Below are positions 12,874-25,340 of a stretch of 64,000 bases of DNA, piece after piece. Source of the stretch: Escherichia coli (GTDB lineage: Bacteria > Pseudomonadota > Gammaproteobacteria > Enterobacterales > Enterobacteriaceae); assembly GCF_013315695.1 (NCBI RefSeq), contig NZ_CP054353.1; one strand, given 5' to 3'. The notes below the pieces were generated by a model, which searched no databases, had not been told where the DNA came from, and saw nothing but the letters and a program-made list of their open reading frames with translations. Position numbers and translations under genes: made by a program. How positions within the stretch are numbered: position 1 is the stretch's first letter; the number at the start of each line of letters is the position of its first letter.

Positions 12874-14181
12874 GTGTTTATGTTCAATTTTGCAGTCAGC
12901 CGCGAAAGCCTGTTATCAGGATTTCAGTGGTTTTTCTTTATTTTTTGCAACACTGTTGTGGTTCCTCCTACGCTACTTTCTGCTTTTCAGTTGCCGCAAA
13001 GTAGCCTGCTTACGCTCACGCAATATGCTTTTCTTGCTACCGCACTGGCCTGCTTCGCTCAGGCGTTCTGCGGTCATCGCCGCGCTATTATGGAAGGGCC
13101 GGGTGGCCTGTGGTGGGGAACCATCCTGACTATCACCCTTGGCGAAGCATCGCGCGGGACACCGATCAACGATATCGCTACCAGTCTGGCGGTGGGGATT
13201 GCGCTCTCCGGCGTGCTGACGATGTTGATTGGTTTTAGCGGATTAGGCCATCGTCTGGCACGGTTATTTACGCCGTCGGTGATGGTCTTGTTTATGTTGA
13301 TGCTGGGTGCGCAACTGACCACTATCTTTTTCAAAGGTATGCTCGGGCTGCCGTTTGGCATAGCCGACCCGAATTTTAAAATTCAGTTACCGCCGTTCGC
13401 GCTCTCGGTGGCGGTGATGTGCCTGGTACTGGCGATGATTATCTTCCTGCCGCAACGTTTTGCCCGTTATGGCCTGCTGGTCGGTACGATAACCGGCTGG
13501 TTGTTGTGGTACTTTTGCTTTCCTTCTTCGCATTCGCTCTCCGGTGAGTTGCACTGGCAGTGGTTCCCGCTCGGCAGTGGCGGTGCTTTGTCGCCGGGGA
13601 TTATTCTGACGGCGGTGATTACAGGTCTGGTAAATATCAGCAATACCTACGGTGCGATTCGTGGCACGGATGTTTTTTATCCGCAACAGGGCGCGGGGAA
13701 TACGCGTTATCGTCGCAGCTTTGTGGCGACCGGATTTATGACGCTGATAACCGTGCCGCTGGCGGTAATTCCATTTTCACCGTTTGTTTCATCCATTGGT
13801 TTATTAACCCAGACTGGCGATTACACGCGACGATCGTTTATTTATGGCAGCGTTATTTGCCTGCTGGTGGCACTGGTTCCGGCACTCACACGACTGTTTT
13901 GCAGTATCCCTTTACCGGTGAGTAGCGCGGTCATGCTGGTTTCTTATCTGCCTTTACTCTTTTCCGCGCTGGTGTTTAGCCAGCAAATCACGTTTACCGC
14001 TCGCAATATTTATCGACTCGCATTGCCGTTATTTGTCGGCATATTTTTAATGGCATTACCGCCTGTGTATCTGCAAGACCTTCCATTAACGCTTCGTCCT
14101 CTGCTCAGTAACGGCTTACTGGTCGGAATTTTACTGGCTGTTCTTATGGATAATCTTATTCCGTGGGAACGCATCGAATAA
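12874..14181 (+). CDS. ybbY: putative purine/uracil-family permease
   Basis: 435 aa membrane protein; context. Confidence 0.7.
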   Translation: MFMFNFAVSRESLLSGFQWFFFIFCNTVVVPPTLLSAFQLPQSSLLTLTQYAFLATALACFAQAFCGHRRAIMEGPGGLWWGTILTITLGEASRGTPINDIATSLAVGIALSGVLTMLIGFSGLGHRLARLFTPSVMVLFMLMLGAQLTTIFFKGMLGLPFGIADPNFKIQLPPFALSVAVMCLVLAMIIFLPQRFARYGLLVGTITGWLLWYFCFPSSHSLSGELHWQWFPLGSGGALSPGIILTAVITGLVNISNTYGAIRGTDVFYPQQGAGNTRYRRSFVATGFMTLITVPLAVIPFSPFVSSIGLLTQTGDYTRRSFIYGSVICLLVALVPALTRLFCSIPLPVSSAVMLVSYLPLLFSALVFSQQITFTARNIYRLALPLFVGIFLMALPPVYLQDLPLTLRPLLSNGLLVGILLAVLMDNLIPWERIE

Positions 14182-14202
14182 TTTGTTGAAAAAGGATTGA
14201 TA

Positions 14203-15345
14203 ATGAAAATTGTCATTGCGCCAGACTCGTTTAAAGAGAGCTTAAGTGCAGAAAAATGTTGTCAGGCAATTAAAGCCGGGTTTTCGACCCTCTTTCCCGA
14301 TGCGCACTATATCTGTTTGCCGATAGCGGATGGCGGCGAAGGAACGGTGGATGCGATGGTCGCCGCGACGGGCGGCAACATCGTGACGCTTGAAGTCTGC
14401 GGGCCGATGGGCGAAACAGTGAATGCTTTTTATGGCCTTACCGGCGACGGGAAAACGGCGGTGATTGAGATGGCTGCGGCAAGCGGCCTGATGCTGGTCG
14501 CGCCTGAAAAGCGTAATCCGTTGCTGGCCTCCAGTTTTGGTACGGGGGAGTTAATTCGCCATGCGCTGGATAACGGCATTCGCCATATTATTCTCGGCAT
14601 TGGCGGCAGTGCGACGGTCGACGGCGGTATGGGCATGGCGCAGGCGCTCGGTGTGCGTTTCCTTGATGCCGACGGTCAGGTGCTGGCGGCTAACGGCGGC
14701 AATTTAGCGCGCGTGGCAAGCATTGAGATGAATGAATGCGATCCGCGTCTGGCGAACTGTCATATTGAAGTCGCATGTGACGTTGATAACCCGCTGGTAG
14801 GGGCACGCGGCGCGGCGGCGGTGTTTGGCCCGCAAAAAGGGGCAACGCCGGAGATGGTCGAAGAACTGGAACAGGGGCTGCAAAATTACGCCCGTGTTTT
14901 ACAACAGCTAACTGAAATCAACGTCTGCCAGATGGCGGGCGGTGGCGCGGCGGGCGGTATGGGCATTGCGGCGGAGGTATTCCTCAATGCGGATATTAAA
15001 CCGGGTATTGAGATTGTGTTGAATGCGGTCAATCTTGCGCAGGCGGTGCAGGGTGCAGCACTGGTGATCACCGGGGAAGGGCGCATCGATTCGCAAACGG
15101 CAGGTGGTAAAGCGCCGCTGGGCGTGGCGTCGGTGGCGAAGCAGTTTAATGTCCCGGTGATTGGGATTGCTGGCGTATTGGGTGATGGCGTGGAAGTGGT
15201 GCACCAGTACGGCATTGACGCGGTGTTCAGCATTTTGCCACGTCTGGCACCTTTAGCCGAAGTGCTCGCCAGCGGTGAAACCAATCTCTTCAACAGCGCA
15301 CGAAATATTGCCTGCGCCGGTGATGCTGCCAACTTACTGATTTAG
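14203..15345 (+). CDS. glxK: glycerate kinase; last codons and stop lie inside the IS1 left inverted repeat
   Basis: About 380 aa; ORF continues across the IS1 boundary at 15319 (…[10 protein letters not shown]). Confidence 0.75.
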   Translation: MKIVIAPDSFKESLSAEKCCQAIKAGFSTLFPDAHYICLPIADGGEGTVDAMVAATGGNIVTLEVCGPMGETVNAFYGLTGDGKTAVIEMAAASGLMLVAPEKRNPLLASSFGTGELIRHALDNGIRHIILGIGGSATVDGGMGMAQALGVRFLDADGQVLAANGGNLARVASIEMNECDPRLANCHIEVACDVDNPLVGARGAAAVFGPQKGATPEMVEELEQGLQNYARVLQQLTEINVCQMAGGGAAGGMGIAAEVFLNADIKPGIEIVLNAVNLAQAVQGAALVITGEGRIDSQTAGGKAPLGVASVAKQFNVPVIGIAGVLGDGVEVVHQYGIDAVFSILPRLAPLAEVLASGETNLFNSARNIACAGDAANLLI

Positions 15346-15373
15346 TGTATGATGGTGTTTTTGAGGTGCTCCA

Positions 15374-15649
15374 GTGGCTTCTGTTTCTATCAGCTGTCCC
15401 TCCTGTTCAGCTACTGACGGGGTGGTGCGTAACGGCAAAAGCACCGCCGGACATCAGCGCTATCTCTGCTCTCACTGCCGTAAAACATGGCAACTGCAGT
15501 TCACTTACACCGCTTCTCAACCCGGTACGCACCAGAAAATCATTGATATGGCCATGAATGGCGTTGGATGCCGGGCAACAGCCCGCATTATGGGCGTTGG
15601 CCTCAACACGATTTTACGTCACTTAAAAAACTCAGGCCGCAGTCGGTAA
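15374..15649 (+). CDS. insA: IS1 InsA
   Basis: 91 aa zinc-finger/HTH protein, identical in both copies. Confidence 0.9.
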
Positions 15650-16071
15650 CCTCGCGCATACAGCCGGGCAGTGACGTCATCGTCTGCGCGGAAATGGACG
15701 AACAGTGGGGCTATGTCGGGGCTAAATCGCGCCAGCGCTGGCTGTTTTACGCGTATGACAGGCTCCGGAAGACGGTTGTTGCGCACGTATTCGGTGAACG
15801 CACTATGGCGACGCTGGGGCGTCTTATGAGCCTGCTGTCACCCTTTGACGTGGTGATATGGATGACGGATGGCTGGCCGCTGTATGAATCCCGCCTGAAG
15901 GGAAAGCTGCACGTAATCAGCAAGCGATATACGCAGCGAATTGAGCGGCATAACCTGAATCTGAGGCAGCACCTGGCACGGCTGGGACGGAAGTCGCTGT
16001 CGTTCTCAAAATCGGTGGAGCTGCATGACAAAGTCATCGGGCATTATCTGAACATAAAACACTATCAATAA
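15568..16071 (+). CDS. insB: IS1 InsB (transposase C-part, made as InsAB' by -1 frameshift)
   Basis: 167 aa ORF overlapping insA in the -1 frame. Confidence 0.85.
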
Positions 16072-16086
16072 GTTGGAGTCATTACC

Positions 16087-17618
16087 TAGATACCACAGGT
16101 TTCTGGCATGACGATTTTAATAACGCCACGCCGAACGATATTTGCGTGGCAATTCGTAGCGAAGCGGCGGATGCGGGGATCGCGCAGGCGGTTATGCAGC
16201 AGCTTGAAGAGGCGCTAAAACAACTGGCGCAGGGTTCAGGCAGCAGCCAGGCGTTGACGCAGGTGCGTCGCTGGGACAGTGCCTGTCAGAAATTACCCGA
16301 TGCCAGTCTGGCGCTGATTTCAGTGGCTGGTGAGTATGCGGCGGAGCTGGCGAACCAGGCGCTGGATCGCAACCTCAACGTGATGATGTTCTCCGATAAC
16401 GTCACGCTGGAAGATGAAATCCAACTTAAAACCCGCGCGCGGGAAAAAGGCTTGCTGGTGATGGGGCCGGACTGCGGTACATCGATGATTGCCGCCACGC
16501 CGCTGGCTTTTGCTAACGTGATGCCGGAAGGCAACATTGGCGTCATTGGCGCTTCCGGTACCGGGATTCAGGAGCTGTGCTCACAGATTGCGCTGGCAGG
16601 GGAGGGAATTACTCATGCGATTGGCCTTGGCGGGCGCGACCTCAGCCGTGAAGTGGGCGGCATCAGTGCGCTGACGGCGCTGGAAATGCTCAGTGCAGAC
16701 GAGAAAAGCGAAGTGCTGGCATTTGTTTCAAAACCACCTGCCGAAGCTGTGCGTCTGAAAATTGTTAATGCCATGAAAGCAACTGGCAAACCGACGGTGG
16801 CGCTGTTTTTAGGTTATACCCCGGCGGTGGCCCGCGACGAGAATGTCTGGTTTGCCTCCTCGCTGGATGAGGCCGCACGCCTGGCTTGTCTGCTTTCACG
16901 CGTCACTGCGCGACGTAACGCGATAGCGCCTGTCAGCAGCGGATTTATTTGCGGTTTGTATACCGGCGGTACGCTGGCTGCTGAAGCTGCGGGATTACTT
17001 GCCGGACACCTTGGCGTGGAAGCCGACGATACCCATCAACATGGCATGATGCTCGACGCCGACGGACATCAGATCCTCGACCTGGGCGATGATTTTTACA
17101 CCGTCGGGCGTCCCCATCCGATGATCGACCCGACCTTACGCAACCTGTTAATTGCCGATCTCGGCGCTAAACCGCAAGTGCGAGTGTTGCTGCTTGATGT
17201 GGTGATTGGCTTCGGTGCGACCGCCGATCCTGCCGCCTCGCTGGTGAGCGCCTGGCAAAAAGCCTGTGCCGCGCGTTCAGACAATCAACCACTGTATGCC
17301 ATTGCCACGGTGACAGGCACTGAACGTGACCCGCAATGCCGCTCGCAGCAAATCGCCACGCTGGAAGATGCGGGGATCGCGGTAGTGAGTTCGCTACCGG
17401 AAGCCACCTTGCTGGCTGCGGCGTTAATTCATCCGCTCTCGCCTGCCACACAGCAACACACACCGTCATTACTGGAAAACGTCGCCGTGATTAACATCGG
17501 ATTACGCAGCTTTGCGCTGGAGCTACAAAGCGCCAGCAAACCGGTTGTGCATTACCAATGGTCGCCAGTCGCCGGTGGCAATAAAAAACTGGCTCGTTTA
17601 TTAGAACGTTTGCAATAA
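16087..17618 (+). pseudogene. fdrA: fdrA-like acyl-CoA synthetase-family gene, 5' end removed by IS1
   Basis: Frame is open right up to the IS1 end with no start codon and no promoter; the listed ORF starts at an internal GTG (16146). Confidence 0.7.
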
Positions 17619-17627
17619 GGGGTTCCC

Positions 17628-18887
17628 ATGTTTACATCAGTGGCGCAAGCCAATGCTGCGGTTATCGAACAAATTCGTCGCGCTCGTCCACACTGGCTGG
17701 ATGTGCAACCGGCTTCTTCACTTATCAGCGAACTAAACAAGGGCAAAACACTGCTTCACGCCGGGCCGCCAATGCGCTGGCAGGAGATGACCGGACCCAT
17801 GAAAGGGGCGTGCGTGGGCGCATGTCTGTTCGAAGGCTGGGCGAAAGATGAAGCGCAGGCGCTGGCAATACTGGAGCAGGGGGAAGTGAACTTCATTCCT
17901 TGTCACCATGTGAATGCCGTCGGGCCAATGGGCGGCATTACTTCTGCCAGTATGCCGATGCTGGTGGTTGAGAACGTGACCGACGGCAACCGGGCGTACT
18001 GCAACCTCAACGAAGGTATCGGCAAAGTGATGCGTTTTGGCGCTTACGGCGAAGATGTCCTGACTCGCCATCGCTGGATGCGCGATGTGTTAATGCCAGT
18101 ATTAAGCGCGGCGCTGGGGCGCATGGAGCGCGGTATCGATCTCACCGCGATGATGGCACAGGGCATTACCATGGGCGATGAGTTCCATCAGCGCAACATT
18201 GCATCCTCAGCACTGTTGATGCGCGCGCTGGCCCCACAAATTGCTCGCCTCAATCACGATAAACAGCACATCGCGGAAGTGATGGATTTCCTCAGCGTGA
18301 CCGATCAGTTCTTCCTCAACCTCGCGATGGCTTACTGCAAGGCGGCGATGGATGCAGGCGCGATGATCCGCGCAGGCAGCATCGTCACGGCTATGACCCG
18401 CAACGGCAATATGTTCGGGATTCGGGTAAGCGGGCTGGGTGAACGCTGGTTTACTGCGCCTGTAAACACTCCGCAAGGTCTGTTTTTCACCGGCTTCTCG
18501 CAGGAGCAGGCGAACCCGGATATGGGCGATAGCGCGATTACCGAAACCTTTGGTATCGGTGGTGCGGCAATGATCGCAGCCCCTGGCGTAACACGCTTTG
18601 TCGGTGCGGGTGGCATGGAAGCGGCCAGAGCGGTATCTGAAGAGATGGCGGAAATCTTCCTTGAACGCAATATGCAGTTGCAGATCCCCGGCTGGGATTT
18701 CCAGGGCGCGTGCCTGGGGCTGGACATTCGTCGCGTGGTAGAAACCGGCATTACGCCACTCATCAATACCGGTATCGCCCATAAAGAGGCGGGGATCGGG
18801 CAGATTGGCGCAGGCACCGTGCGGGCACCGCTGGCGTGCTTTGAACAGGCGCTGGAAGCACTGGCTGCAAGCATGGGTATTGCTTGA
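17628..18887 (+). CDS. ylbE: DUF1116-family protein
   Basis: 419 aa; context after fdrA. Confidence 0.7.
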   Translation: MFTSVAQANAAVIEQIRRARPHWLDVQPASSLISELNKGKTLLHAGPPMRWQEMTGPMKGACVGACLFEGWAKDEAQALAILEQGEVNFIPCHHVNAVGPMGGITSASMPMLVVENVTDGNRAYCNLNEGIGKVMRFGAYGEDVLTRHRWMRDVLMPVLSAALGRMERGIDLTAMMAQGITMGDEFHQRNIASSALLMRALAPQIARLNHDKQHIAEVMDFLSVTDQFFLNLAMAYCKAAMDAGAMIRAGSIVTAMTRNGNMFGIRVSGLGERWFTAPVNTPQGLFFTGFSQEQANPDMGDSAITETFGIGGAAMIAAPGVTRFVGAGGMEAARAVSEEMAEIFLERNMQLQIPGWDFQGACLGLDIRRVVETGITPLINTGIAHKEAGIGQIGAGTVRAPLACFEQALEALAASMGIA

Positions 18888-18897
18888 GGAACACGCA

Positions 18898-19713
18898 ATG
18901 ACAATCATCCATCCTCTGCTTGCCAGCCGTAGCGCACCGAATTATCGCCAGTCCTGGCGGTTAGCGGGCGTGTGGCGGCGGGCGATTAACCTGATGACGG
19001 AAAGCGGCGAACTGTTAACGCTGCATCGTCAGGGGAGTGGTTTCGGCCCCGGAGGATGGGTGCTTCGCCGCGCGCAATTCGATGCGTTATGCGGTGGATT
19101 ATGCGGCAATGAACGACCACAGGTTGTGGCTCAAGGCATTCGCCTCGGACGTTTCACGGTTAAACAGCCACAGCGTTATTGTTTGCTGCGTATTACGCCG
19201 CCTGCGCATCCTCAACCGCTTGCAGCTGCATGGATGCAACGCGCGGAGGAAACCGGGCTTTTCGGGCCACTGGCGATGGCGGCAAGCGATCCGCTGCCTG
19301 CTGAGTTACGCCAGTTTCGTCACTGTTTTCAGGCCGCGCTCAATGGCGTTAAGACCGACTGGCGGCACTGGCTGGGTAAAGGCCCAGGATTAACGCCAAG
19401 TCATGATGACACGCTGAGCGGAATGCTGCTGGCGGCCTGGTATTATGGCGCTTTAGATGCGCGCTCCGGTCGCCCGTTTTTTGCCTGTTCCGACAATCTT
19501 CAACTCGTTACCACAGCGGTGAGCGTCAGTTATTTACGTTATGCCGCGCAAGGATATTTCGCCTCGCCACTCCTGCACTTTGTTCATGCTCTGAGTTGCC
19601 CGAAACGTACCGCTGTTGCGATTGATTCGCTGCTGGTGCTGGGGCATACGTCAGGGGCAGATACGCTGCTGGGGTTCTGGCTTGGCCAACAATTATTACA
19701 AGGAAAACCATGA
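18898..19713 (+). CDS. ylbF: putative oxamate carbamoyltransferase subunit-like protein
   Basis: About 271 aa from [10 protein letters not shown]; context. Confidence 0.65.
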   Translation: MTIIHPLLASRSAPNYRQSWRLAGVWRRAINLMTESGELLTLHRQGSGFGPGGWVLRRAQFDALCGGLCGNERPQVVAQGIRLGRFTVKQPQRYCLLRITPPAHPQPLAAAWMQRAEETGLFGPLAMAASDPLPAELRQFRHCFQAALNGVKTDWRHWLGKGPGLTPSHDDTLSGMLLAAWYYGALDARSGRPFFACSDNLQLVTTAVSVSYLRYAAQGYFASPLLHFVHALSCPKRTAVAIDSLLVLGHTSGADTLLGFWLGQQLLQGKP

Positions 19714-20603
19714 AAACACTGGTTGTGGCTCTTGGGGGCAACGCCTTACTCCAGCGCGGCGAAGCGCTGACGGCAGAAAATCAATATCGCAATATTGCCA
19801 GTGCTGTACCCGCGTTGACGCGCCTGGCCCGTTCTTATCGGCTGGCGATTGTTCACGGCAACGGGCCACAGGTGGGGCTGTTGGCGTTACAGAATCTGGC
19901 GTGGAAAGAGGTCGAACCGTATCCGCTGGATGTACTGGTGGCGGAAAGTCAGGGGATGATTGGCTATATGCTGGCGCAGAGCTTGAGCGCACAGCCGCAG
20001 ATGCCGCCTGTGACGACGGTGCTGACGCGCATTGAAGTTTCGCCTGATGATCCGGCGTTTTTGCAGCCAGAGAAATTTATCGGTCCGGTTTATCAGCCAG
20101 AAGAACAAGAGGCACTGGAAGCGGCTTACGGCTGGCAGATGAAACGTGATGGTAAATACTTGCGCCGGGTGGTGGCATCTCCGCAACCGCGTAAAATTCT
20201 CGACAGCGAAGCCATTGAGTTGTTGCTCAAAGAGGGGCATGTGGTGATTTGCAGTGGCGGCGGCGGTGTGCCTGTGACGAAAGACGGGGCAGGGAGTGAA
20301 GCAGTGATTGATAAAGATCTCGCCGCTGCGTTGCTCGCCGAGCAGATTAATGCCGATGGACTGGTGATCCTCACCGATGCTGATGCGGTATATGAAAACT
20401 GGGGAACGCCGCAGCAACGTGCCATTCGCCGTGCCACACCGGATGAGTTAGCGCCATTTGCCAAAGCCGATGGTTCGATGGGGCCGAAGGTAACGGCGGT
20501 GAGTGGCTATGTCAGAAGCCGTGGTAAACCCGCGTGGATTGGGGCGTTATCGCGGATTGAAGAGACGCTGGCGGGCGAAGCGGGGACTTGTATTTCGCTG
20601 TAG
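19710..20603 (+). CDS. ybcF: carbamate kinase-like protein
   Basis: 297 aa; amino-acid kinase fold motifs (ALGGNAL…). Confidence 0.8.
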   Translation: MKTLVVALGGNALLQRGEALTAENQYRNIASAVPALTRLARSYRLAIVHGNGPQVGLLALQNLAWKEVEPYPLDVLVAESQGMIGYMLAQSLSAQPQMPPVTTVLTRIEVSPDDPAFLQPEKFIGPVYQPEEQEALEAAYGWQMKRDGKYLRRVVASPQPRKILDSEAIELLLKEGHVVICSGGGGVPVTKDGAGSEAVIDKDLAAALLAEQINADGLVILTDADAVYENWGTPQQRAIRRATPDELAPFAKADGSMGPKVTAVSGYVRSRGKPAWIGALSRIEETLAGEAGTCISL

Positions 20604-20609
20604 TGATGG

Positions 20610-20825
20610 GCACCAGGCAATTGGCACATCTAGCCTGATGCGATGCTGGCGCGTCTTATCAGGTCTACAGGCGGTGTCGGAACGGTAGGCCGGATAAGGC
20701 GTTCACGCCGCATCCGGCAATCGGCACACCATGCCTGATGCGATGCTGGCGCATCTTATCAGGCCTACAGTCGGTGTTGGAACGGTAGGCCTGATAAGGC
20801 GTTCACGCCGCATGCGGCAAGAAAA
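20610..20825. repeat. two tandem REP/BIME units of about 100 bp
   Basis: Near-identical units, each with GCCTGATGCGATGCTGGCGC and GGATAAGGCGTTCACGCCGCATCCGGCA. Confidence 0.75.
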
Positions 20826-20835
20826 TGAGCATCAA

Positions 20836-21903
20836 TTAACTGAACTTGCTCTGCGCCCACATCACGCCGCTGGCATACTCTGGCGGCAGCAGCGGGATTA
20901 AGGCTTCCAGCGTCGCGGTCAGACGCGATGTGTCGCTGTCGGTCAAATTCAGATGCCCCACTTTACGCCCCGGACGGACTTCTTTGTCGTACCAGTGCAG
21001 ATGCACCAGCGGCAGTTTCAGCCAGTCATAATTCACATCGCTACCAATCAGGTTGATCATCACCGACGGACTATTCACTACTGGTTGCGGTAACGGCAGA
21101 TCGGTAATCGCCCGCAGATGCAGCTCAAACTGGCTGATGCTGGCACCGTTTTGTGTCCAGTGACCGCTGTTATGCACACGCGGAGCCAGTTCGTTGATCA
21201 GCAGACCTTGCGGGGTGACAAAACACTCCATCGCCATCACGCCCACATAGCCCAGCTCCTGCATAATCGCCGACAGCATCTCTTCGGCCTGCGCCTGCTG
21301 CTGCGCGTTGGCCTGCGGGAAAGCGACGCTGGTGCGCAAAATACCGTCCTGATGCAGGTTATGCGTCAGCGGATAAAACACGGTGCTACCATCAAAGCCG
21401 CGCGCGCCAACCAGCGACACTTCACCAGAGAAGTTTATGCCCTGCTCGACAATACATTCGCCGTAGCATTCAGCCGGTAACTGTTCGGTTTCATCGGCGC
21501 GTAAACGCCATTGACCGCGTCCGTCATAGCCACCAGTGCGACGCTTAACAATCGCCAGCTCACCTAAACGATCAAACACCGCCGGCCACTCGCTGCGATC
21601 GGCAAGTAACTGCCACGGTGCGGTCGGCAGGTGAAGCTTGTCGAAAAGCTGCTTCTGAGTCAGACGGTCAGCAATAATCGGGAACACATCGCGGTTCACA
21701 AAGGCCGGATGGCGCGCCAGCTCGCGGGTTAATGCGGTTTCCGGCCAGCGTTCGATCTCAGCGGTAATCACACTTTGTTGAAAAGGCACCGCCGCCGGTT
21801 CAGCGTCCAGCCCGACTGGCCAGACAGCAATGCCTAACGGTTCGCCTGCCTGACGCAGCATACGGCCTAACTGCCCGTTACCGAGGACGCAAACCTGTTT
21901 CAT
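20836..21903 (-). CDS. purK: N5-carboxyaminoimidazole ribonucleotide synthase
   Basis: 355 aa ATP-grasp protein; overlaps purE. Confidence 0.9.
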   Translation of the reverse strand: MKQVCVLGNGQLGRMLRQAGEPLGIAVWPVGLDAEPAAVPFQQSVITAEIERWPETALTRELARHPAFVNRDVFPIIADRLTQKQLFDKLHLPTAPWQLLADRSEWPAVFDRLGELAIVKRRTGGYDGRGQWRLRADETEQLPAECYGECIVEQGINFSGEVSLVGARGFDGSTVFYPLTHNLHQDGILRTSVAFPQANAQQQAQAEEMLSAIMQELGYVGVMAMECFVTPQGLLINELAPRVHNSGHWTQNGASISQFELHLRAITDLPLPQPVVNSPSVMINLIGSDVNYDWLKLPLVHLHWYDKEVRPGRKVGHLNLTDSDTSRLTATLEALIPLLPPEYASGVMWAQSKFS

Positions 21904-22409
21904 GCCGCACCTCGCGGGTCCGGGTTTTCCAGCACTTCGTCAGTCTGTGCTTTGCGCCAGTCATTCAGACGCTGGTGTAGCTCTTTATCATGAGTTGCAA
22001 GAATTTGTGCTGCCAGTAACGCCGCGTTTGCCGCGCCAGCTTTACCAATCGCCAGCGTACCCACCGGAATGCCGCGTGGCATTTGTACGATAGAGTAGAG
22101 GCTATCGACACCGCTCAGTGCGGCGCTCTGTACTGGCACGCCCAGCACTGGCACCAGCGTTTTGGCGGCAATCATGCCAGGCAGGTGCGCTGCGCCGCCT
22201 GCGCCCGCAATAATTACCTGATAACCGTTCTCTTCGGCGCTTTCGGCGAAGCTGAACAGTTTATCGGGGGTGCGGTGAGCAGAAACCACTTCAACGTGGT
22301 GCGGGACATTCAGGATTTCGAAGATTTCGGCGGCGAACTGCATGGTAGCCCAGTCGCTTTTGGACCCCATCACGATGGCGACACGCGCCGGATTATTGCG
22401 GGAAGACAT
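21900..22409 (-). CDS. purE: N5-CAIR mutase
   Basis: 169 aa from [19 protein letters not shown]. Confidence 0.9.
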   Translation of the reverse strand: MSSRNNPARVAIVMGSKSDWATMQFAAEIFEILNVPHHVEVVSAHRTPDKLFSFAESAEENGYQVIIAGAGGAAHLPGMIAAKTLVPVLGVPVQSAALSGVDSLYSIVQMPRGIPVGTLAIGKAGAANAALLAAQILATHDKELHQRLNDWRKAQTDEVLENPDPRGAA

Positions 22410-22526
22410 GCGTCTTAAAACTCCTGTGGTGCACAACTCTCGGCTTTAGAGGGCACAGAGAATAGCACGGAAAGAGAGCAAGGAAAACGGTTGCGTGGCT
22501 GTGAAATCAGCAAAGTTGCGGGTTTT

Positions 22527-23249
22527 TTAAAAAGGAAAATGAATCAGCTCAACGTCATCCGCCGTGACTTTTACCATTGAACCTTCCGTATGCCAGGCAC
22601 CCAGCACGACGCGAAAAGCAGGTTGCTGATTGGCGATAAGTTCATGTACCGCCGGGCGATGGGTATGTCCGTGGATCAGCCATTGCACCTGATGTTTTTC
22701 CATCGCACTGACCACCGCGTTTTGGTTAACGTCCATGATCGCCAGCGATTTACTGCTGTTGGCTTCTTTGCTGTTCGCTCGCATTCGCGCGGCAATGCGT
22801 TTGCGCACAAACAACGGCAGGGCGAGGAATAGCGTTTGCAGCCAGGGTTTGTGGACTTTGGCGCGAAAAGCCTGATAACCGGCGTCATCGGTGCACAGCG
22901 TGTCGCCATGCATAATCAATACCCGGCGACCATACAGTTCGAGCACCTTTTCTTCCGGCAATAACGTCATGCCGCTTTCACGGGCAAAGCGTTTGCCGAG
23001 CAGAAAATCACGGTTGCCATGAATGAAATAACAGGGAACGCCGGAATCGGACACCGCTTTGATCGCTGCCGCCATCTGGCGATGGAGTGGGTTGGGATCG
23101 TCGTCGCCAATCCACGCTTCAAACAGATCGCCAAGAATATACAGCGCGTCGGCATTGCGGGCTTCCCCCGCTAAAAAACGCAGAAAACCGGCGGTGATCG
23201 CCGGTTCTTCCACGCAGAGATGAAGATCTGCAATAAAGAGTGTCGCCAC
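22527..23249 (-). CDS. lpxH: UDP-2,3-diacylglucosamine hydrolase
   Basis: 240 aa calcineurin-like phosphoesterase ([11 protein letters not shown]…, GNRD motif). Confidence 0.85.
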   Translation of the reverse strand: MATLFIADLHLCVEEPAITAGFLRFLAGEARNADALYILGDLFEAWIGDDDPNPLHRQMAAAIKAVSDSGVPCYFIHGNRDFLLGKRFARESGMTLLPEEKVLELYGRRVLIMHGDTLCTDDAGYQAFRAKVHKPWLQTLFLALPLFVRKRIAARMRANSKEANSSKSLAIMDVNQNAVVSAMEKHQVQWLIHGHTHRPAVHELIANQQPAFRVVLGAWHTEGSMVKVTADDVELIHFPF

Positions 23250-23251
23250 GA

Positions 23252-23746
23252 TTACTCGCTAACGGTCACGCTTTCAATGATAACGTCTTCTTTTGGCACG
23301 TCCTGGTGCATACCGCTACGACCGGTTGCAACACCTTTGATTTTGTCTACCACGTCCATGCCTTCAACCACTTCAGCAAACACGCAGTAACCCCAACCTT
23401 GCAGGCTTTCGCCAGAGAAGTTCAGGAAGTCGTTATCAACTACGTTGATGAAGAACTGTGCAGTTGCAGAGTGCGGTGCCTGAGTACGGGCCATTGCCAG
23501 CGTACCACGGGTATTTTTCAGACCGTTATTGGCTTCGTTTTTGATCGGGTCTTTGGTGGTTTTTTGCTTCATGCCCGGTTCAAAACCGCCGCCCTGAATC
23601 ATAAAGCCGTTGATTACACGGTGGAAAATGGTGTTGTTGTAAAAACCTTCGCGGCAGTAGTCCAGGAAGTTTTTAACTGTTTCAGGTGCTTTATCGTCAA
23701 AAGTTTTGATGACAATATCGCCGTGATTGGTGTGGAAAGTAACCAT
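23252..23746 (-). CDS. ppiB: peptidyl-prolyl cis-trans isomerase B
   Basis: 164 aa cyclophilin ([16 protein letters not shown]…). Confidence 0.9.
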   Translation of the reverse strand: MVTFHTNHGDIVIKTFDDKAPETVKNFLDYCREGFYNNTIFHRVINGFMIQGGGFEPGMKQKTTKDPIKNEANNGLKNTRGTLAMARTQAPHSATAQFFINVVDNDFLNFSGESLQGWGYCVFAEVVEGMDVVDKIKGVATGRSGMHQDVPKEDVIIESVTVSE

Positions 23747-23919
23747 TTTTGCATCCTGTTCCGTTTGATTGGTGCTTCAACCCGGTTCGGGTCATATATA
23801 GGGTGGTGTTATAGCATAACCGCACGATCGGATCATCACGCAATGTATGCTGATTCGCGCGGGAAATATGGGTATTATACGCAACTCAATTACCCACACA
23901 TGTCTAAACGGAATCTTCG

Positions 23920-25305
23920 ATGCTAAAAATCTTCAATACTCTGACACGCCAAAAAGAGGAATTTAAGCCTATTCACGCCGGGGAAGTCGGCATGTACGTG
24001 TGTGGAATCACCGTTTACGATCTCTGTCATATCGGTCACGGGCGTACCTTTGTTGCCTTTGACGTGGTCGCGCGCTATCTGCGTTTCCTCGGCTATAAGC
24101 TGAAGTATGTGCGCAACATTACCGATATCGACGACAAAATCATCAAACGCGCCAATGAAAATGGCGAAAGCTTTGTAGCGCTGGTGGATCGCATGATCGC
24201 CGAAATGCACAAAGATTTTGATGCTTTGAACATTCTGCGCCCGGATATGGAGCCGCGCGCGACGCACCATATCGCAGAAATTATTGAACTCACTGAACAA
24301 CTGATCGCCAAAGGTCACGCGTATGTGGCGGACAACGGCGACGTGATGTTTGACGTCCCGACCGATCCAACATATGGCGTGCTGTCGCGTCAGGATCTCG
24401 ACCAGCTGCAGGCAGGCGCGCGCGTTGACGTGGTCGACGACAAACGCAACCCGATGGACTTCGTTCTGTGGAAGATGTCGAAAGAGGGCGAACCGAGCTG
24501 GCCGTCTCCGTGGGGCGCGGGCCGTCCTGGCTGGCACATTGAATGTTCGGCAATGAACTGCAAGCAGCTGGGTAACCACTTTGATATCCACGGCGGCGGT
24601 TCTGACCTGATGTTCCCGCACCACGAAAACGAAATCGCGCAGTCCACCTGTGCCCATGATGGTCAGTATGTGAACTACTGGATGCACTCCGGAATGGTGA
24701 TGGTTGACCGCGAGAAGATGTCCAAATCGCTGGGTAACTTCTTTACCGTGCGCGATGTGCTGAAATACTACGATGCCGAAACCGTGCGTTATTTCCTGAT
24801 GTCGGGGCACTATCGCAGCCAGTTGAACTACAGCGAAGAGAACCTGAAGCAGGCGCGTGCGGCGCTGGAGCGTCTTTACACTGCGCTGCGCGGCACAGAT
24901 AAAACCGTTGCGCCTGCGGGTGGCGAAGCGTTTGAAGCGCGCTTTATTGAAGCGATGGACGACGATTTCAACACCCCGGAAGCCTATTCCGTGCTGTTTG
25001 ATATGGCCCGTGAAGTGAACCGTCTGAAAGCAGAAGATATGGCAGCGGCGAATGCAATGGCGTCTCATCTGCGTAAACTTTCCGCCGTATTGGGCCTGCT
25101 GGAGCAAGAACCGGAAGCGTTCCTGCAAAGCGGCGCGCAGGCAGACGACAGCGAAGTGGCTGAGATTGAAGCGTTAATTCAACAGCGTCTGGATGCCCGT
25201 AAAGCGAAAGACTGGGCGGCGGCAGATGCGGCACGTGACCGTCTTAACGAGATGGGGATCGTGCTGGAAGATGGCCCGCAAGGGACCACCTGGCGTCGTA
25301 AGTAA
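23920..25305 (+). CDS. cysS: cysteinyl-tRNA synthetase
   Basis: 461 aa class I aaRS with HIGH (HIGH at CHIGHGRT) and KMSKS motifs. Confidence 0.92.
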
Positions 25306-25316
25306 TTGCGCTATTG

Positions 25317-25340
25317 CCGGATGCGAGTTTTCGCATCCGG
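25317..25340. terminator. GC-rich hairpin between convergent cysS and ybcI
   Basis: CCGGATGCGA-GTTTT-CGCATCCGG perfect stem. Confidence 0.45.

Larger units (their letters stand above)
15319..16086 (+). mobile_element. IS1 insertion sequence, copy 1 (768 bp)
   Basis: Terminal repeats GGTGATGCTGCCAACTTACTGAT … ATCAATAAGTTGGAGTCATTACC; insA/insB ORFs; exact second copy at 37042..37809. Confidence 0.92.

Noticed and set aside
23923-25128. 401-aa ORF on the minus strand
   Set aside because: Lies entirely antisense within cysS, whose identity is secure (HIGH/KMSKS motifs); typical long antisense ORF in GC-rich coding DNA.
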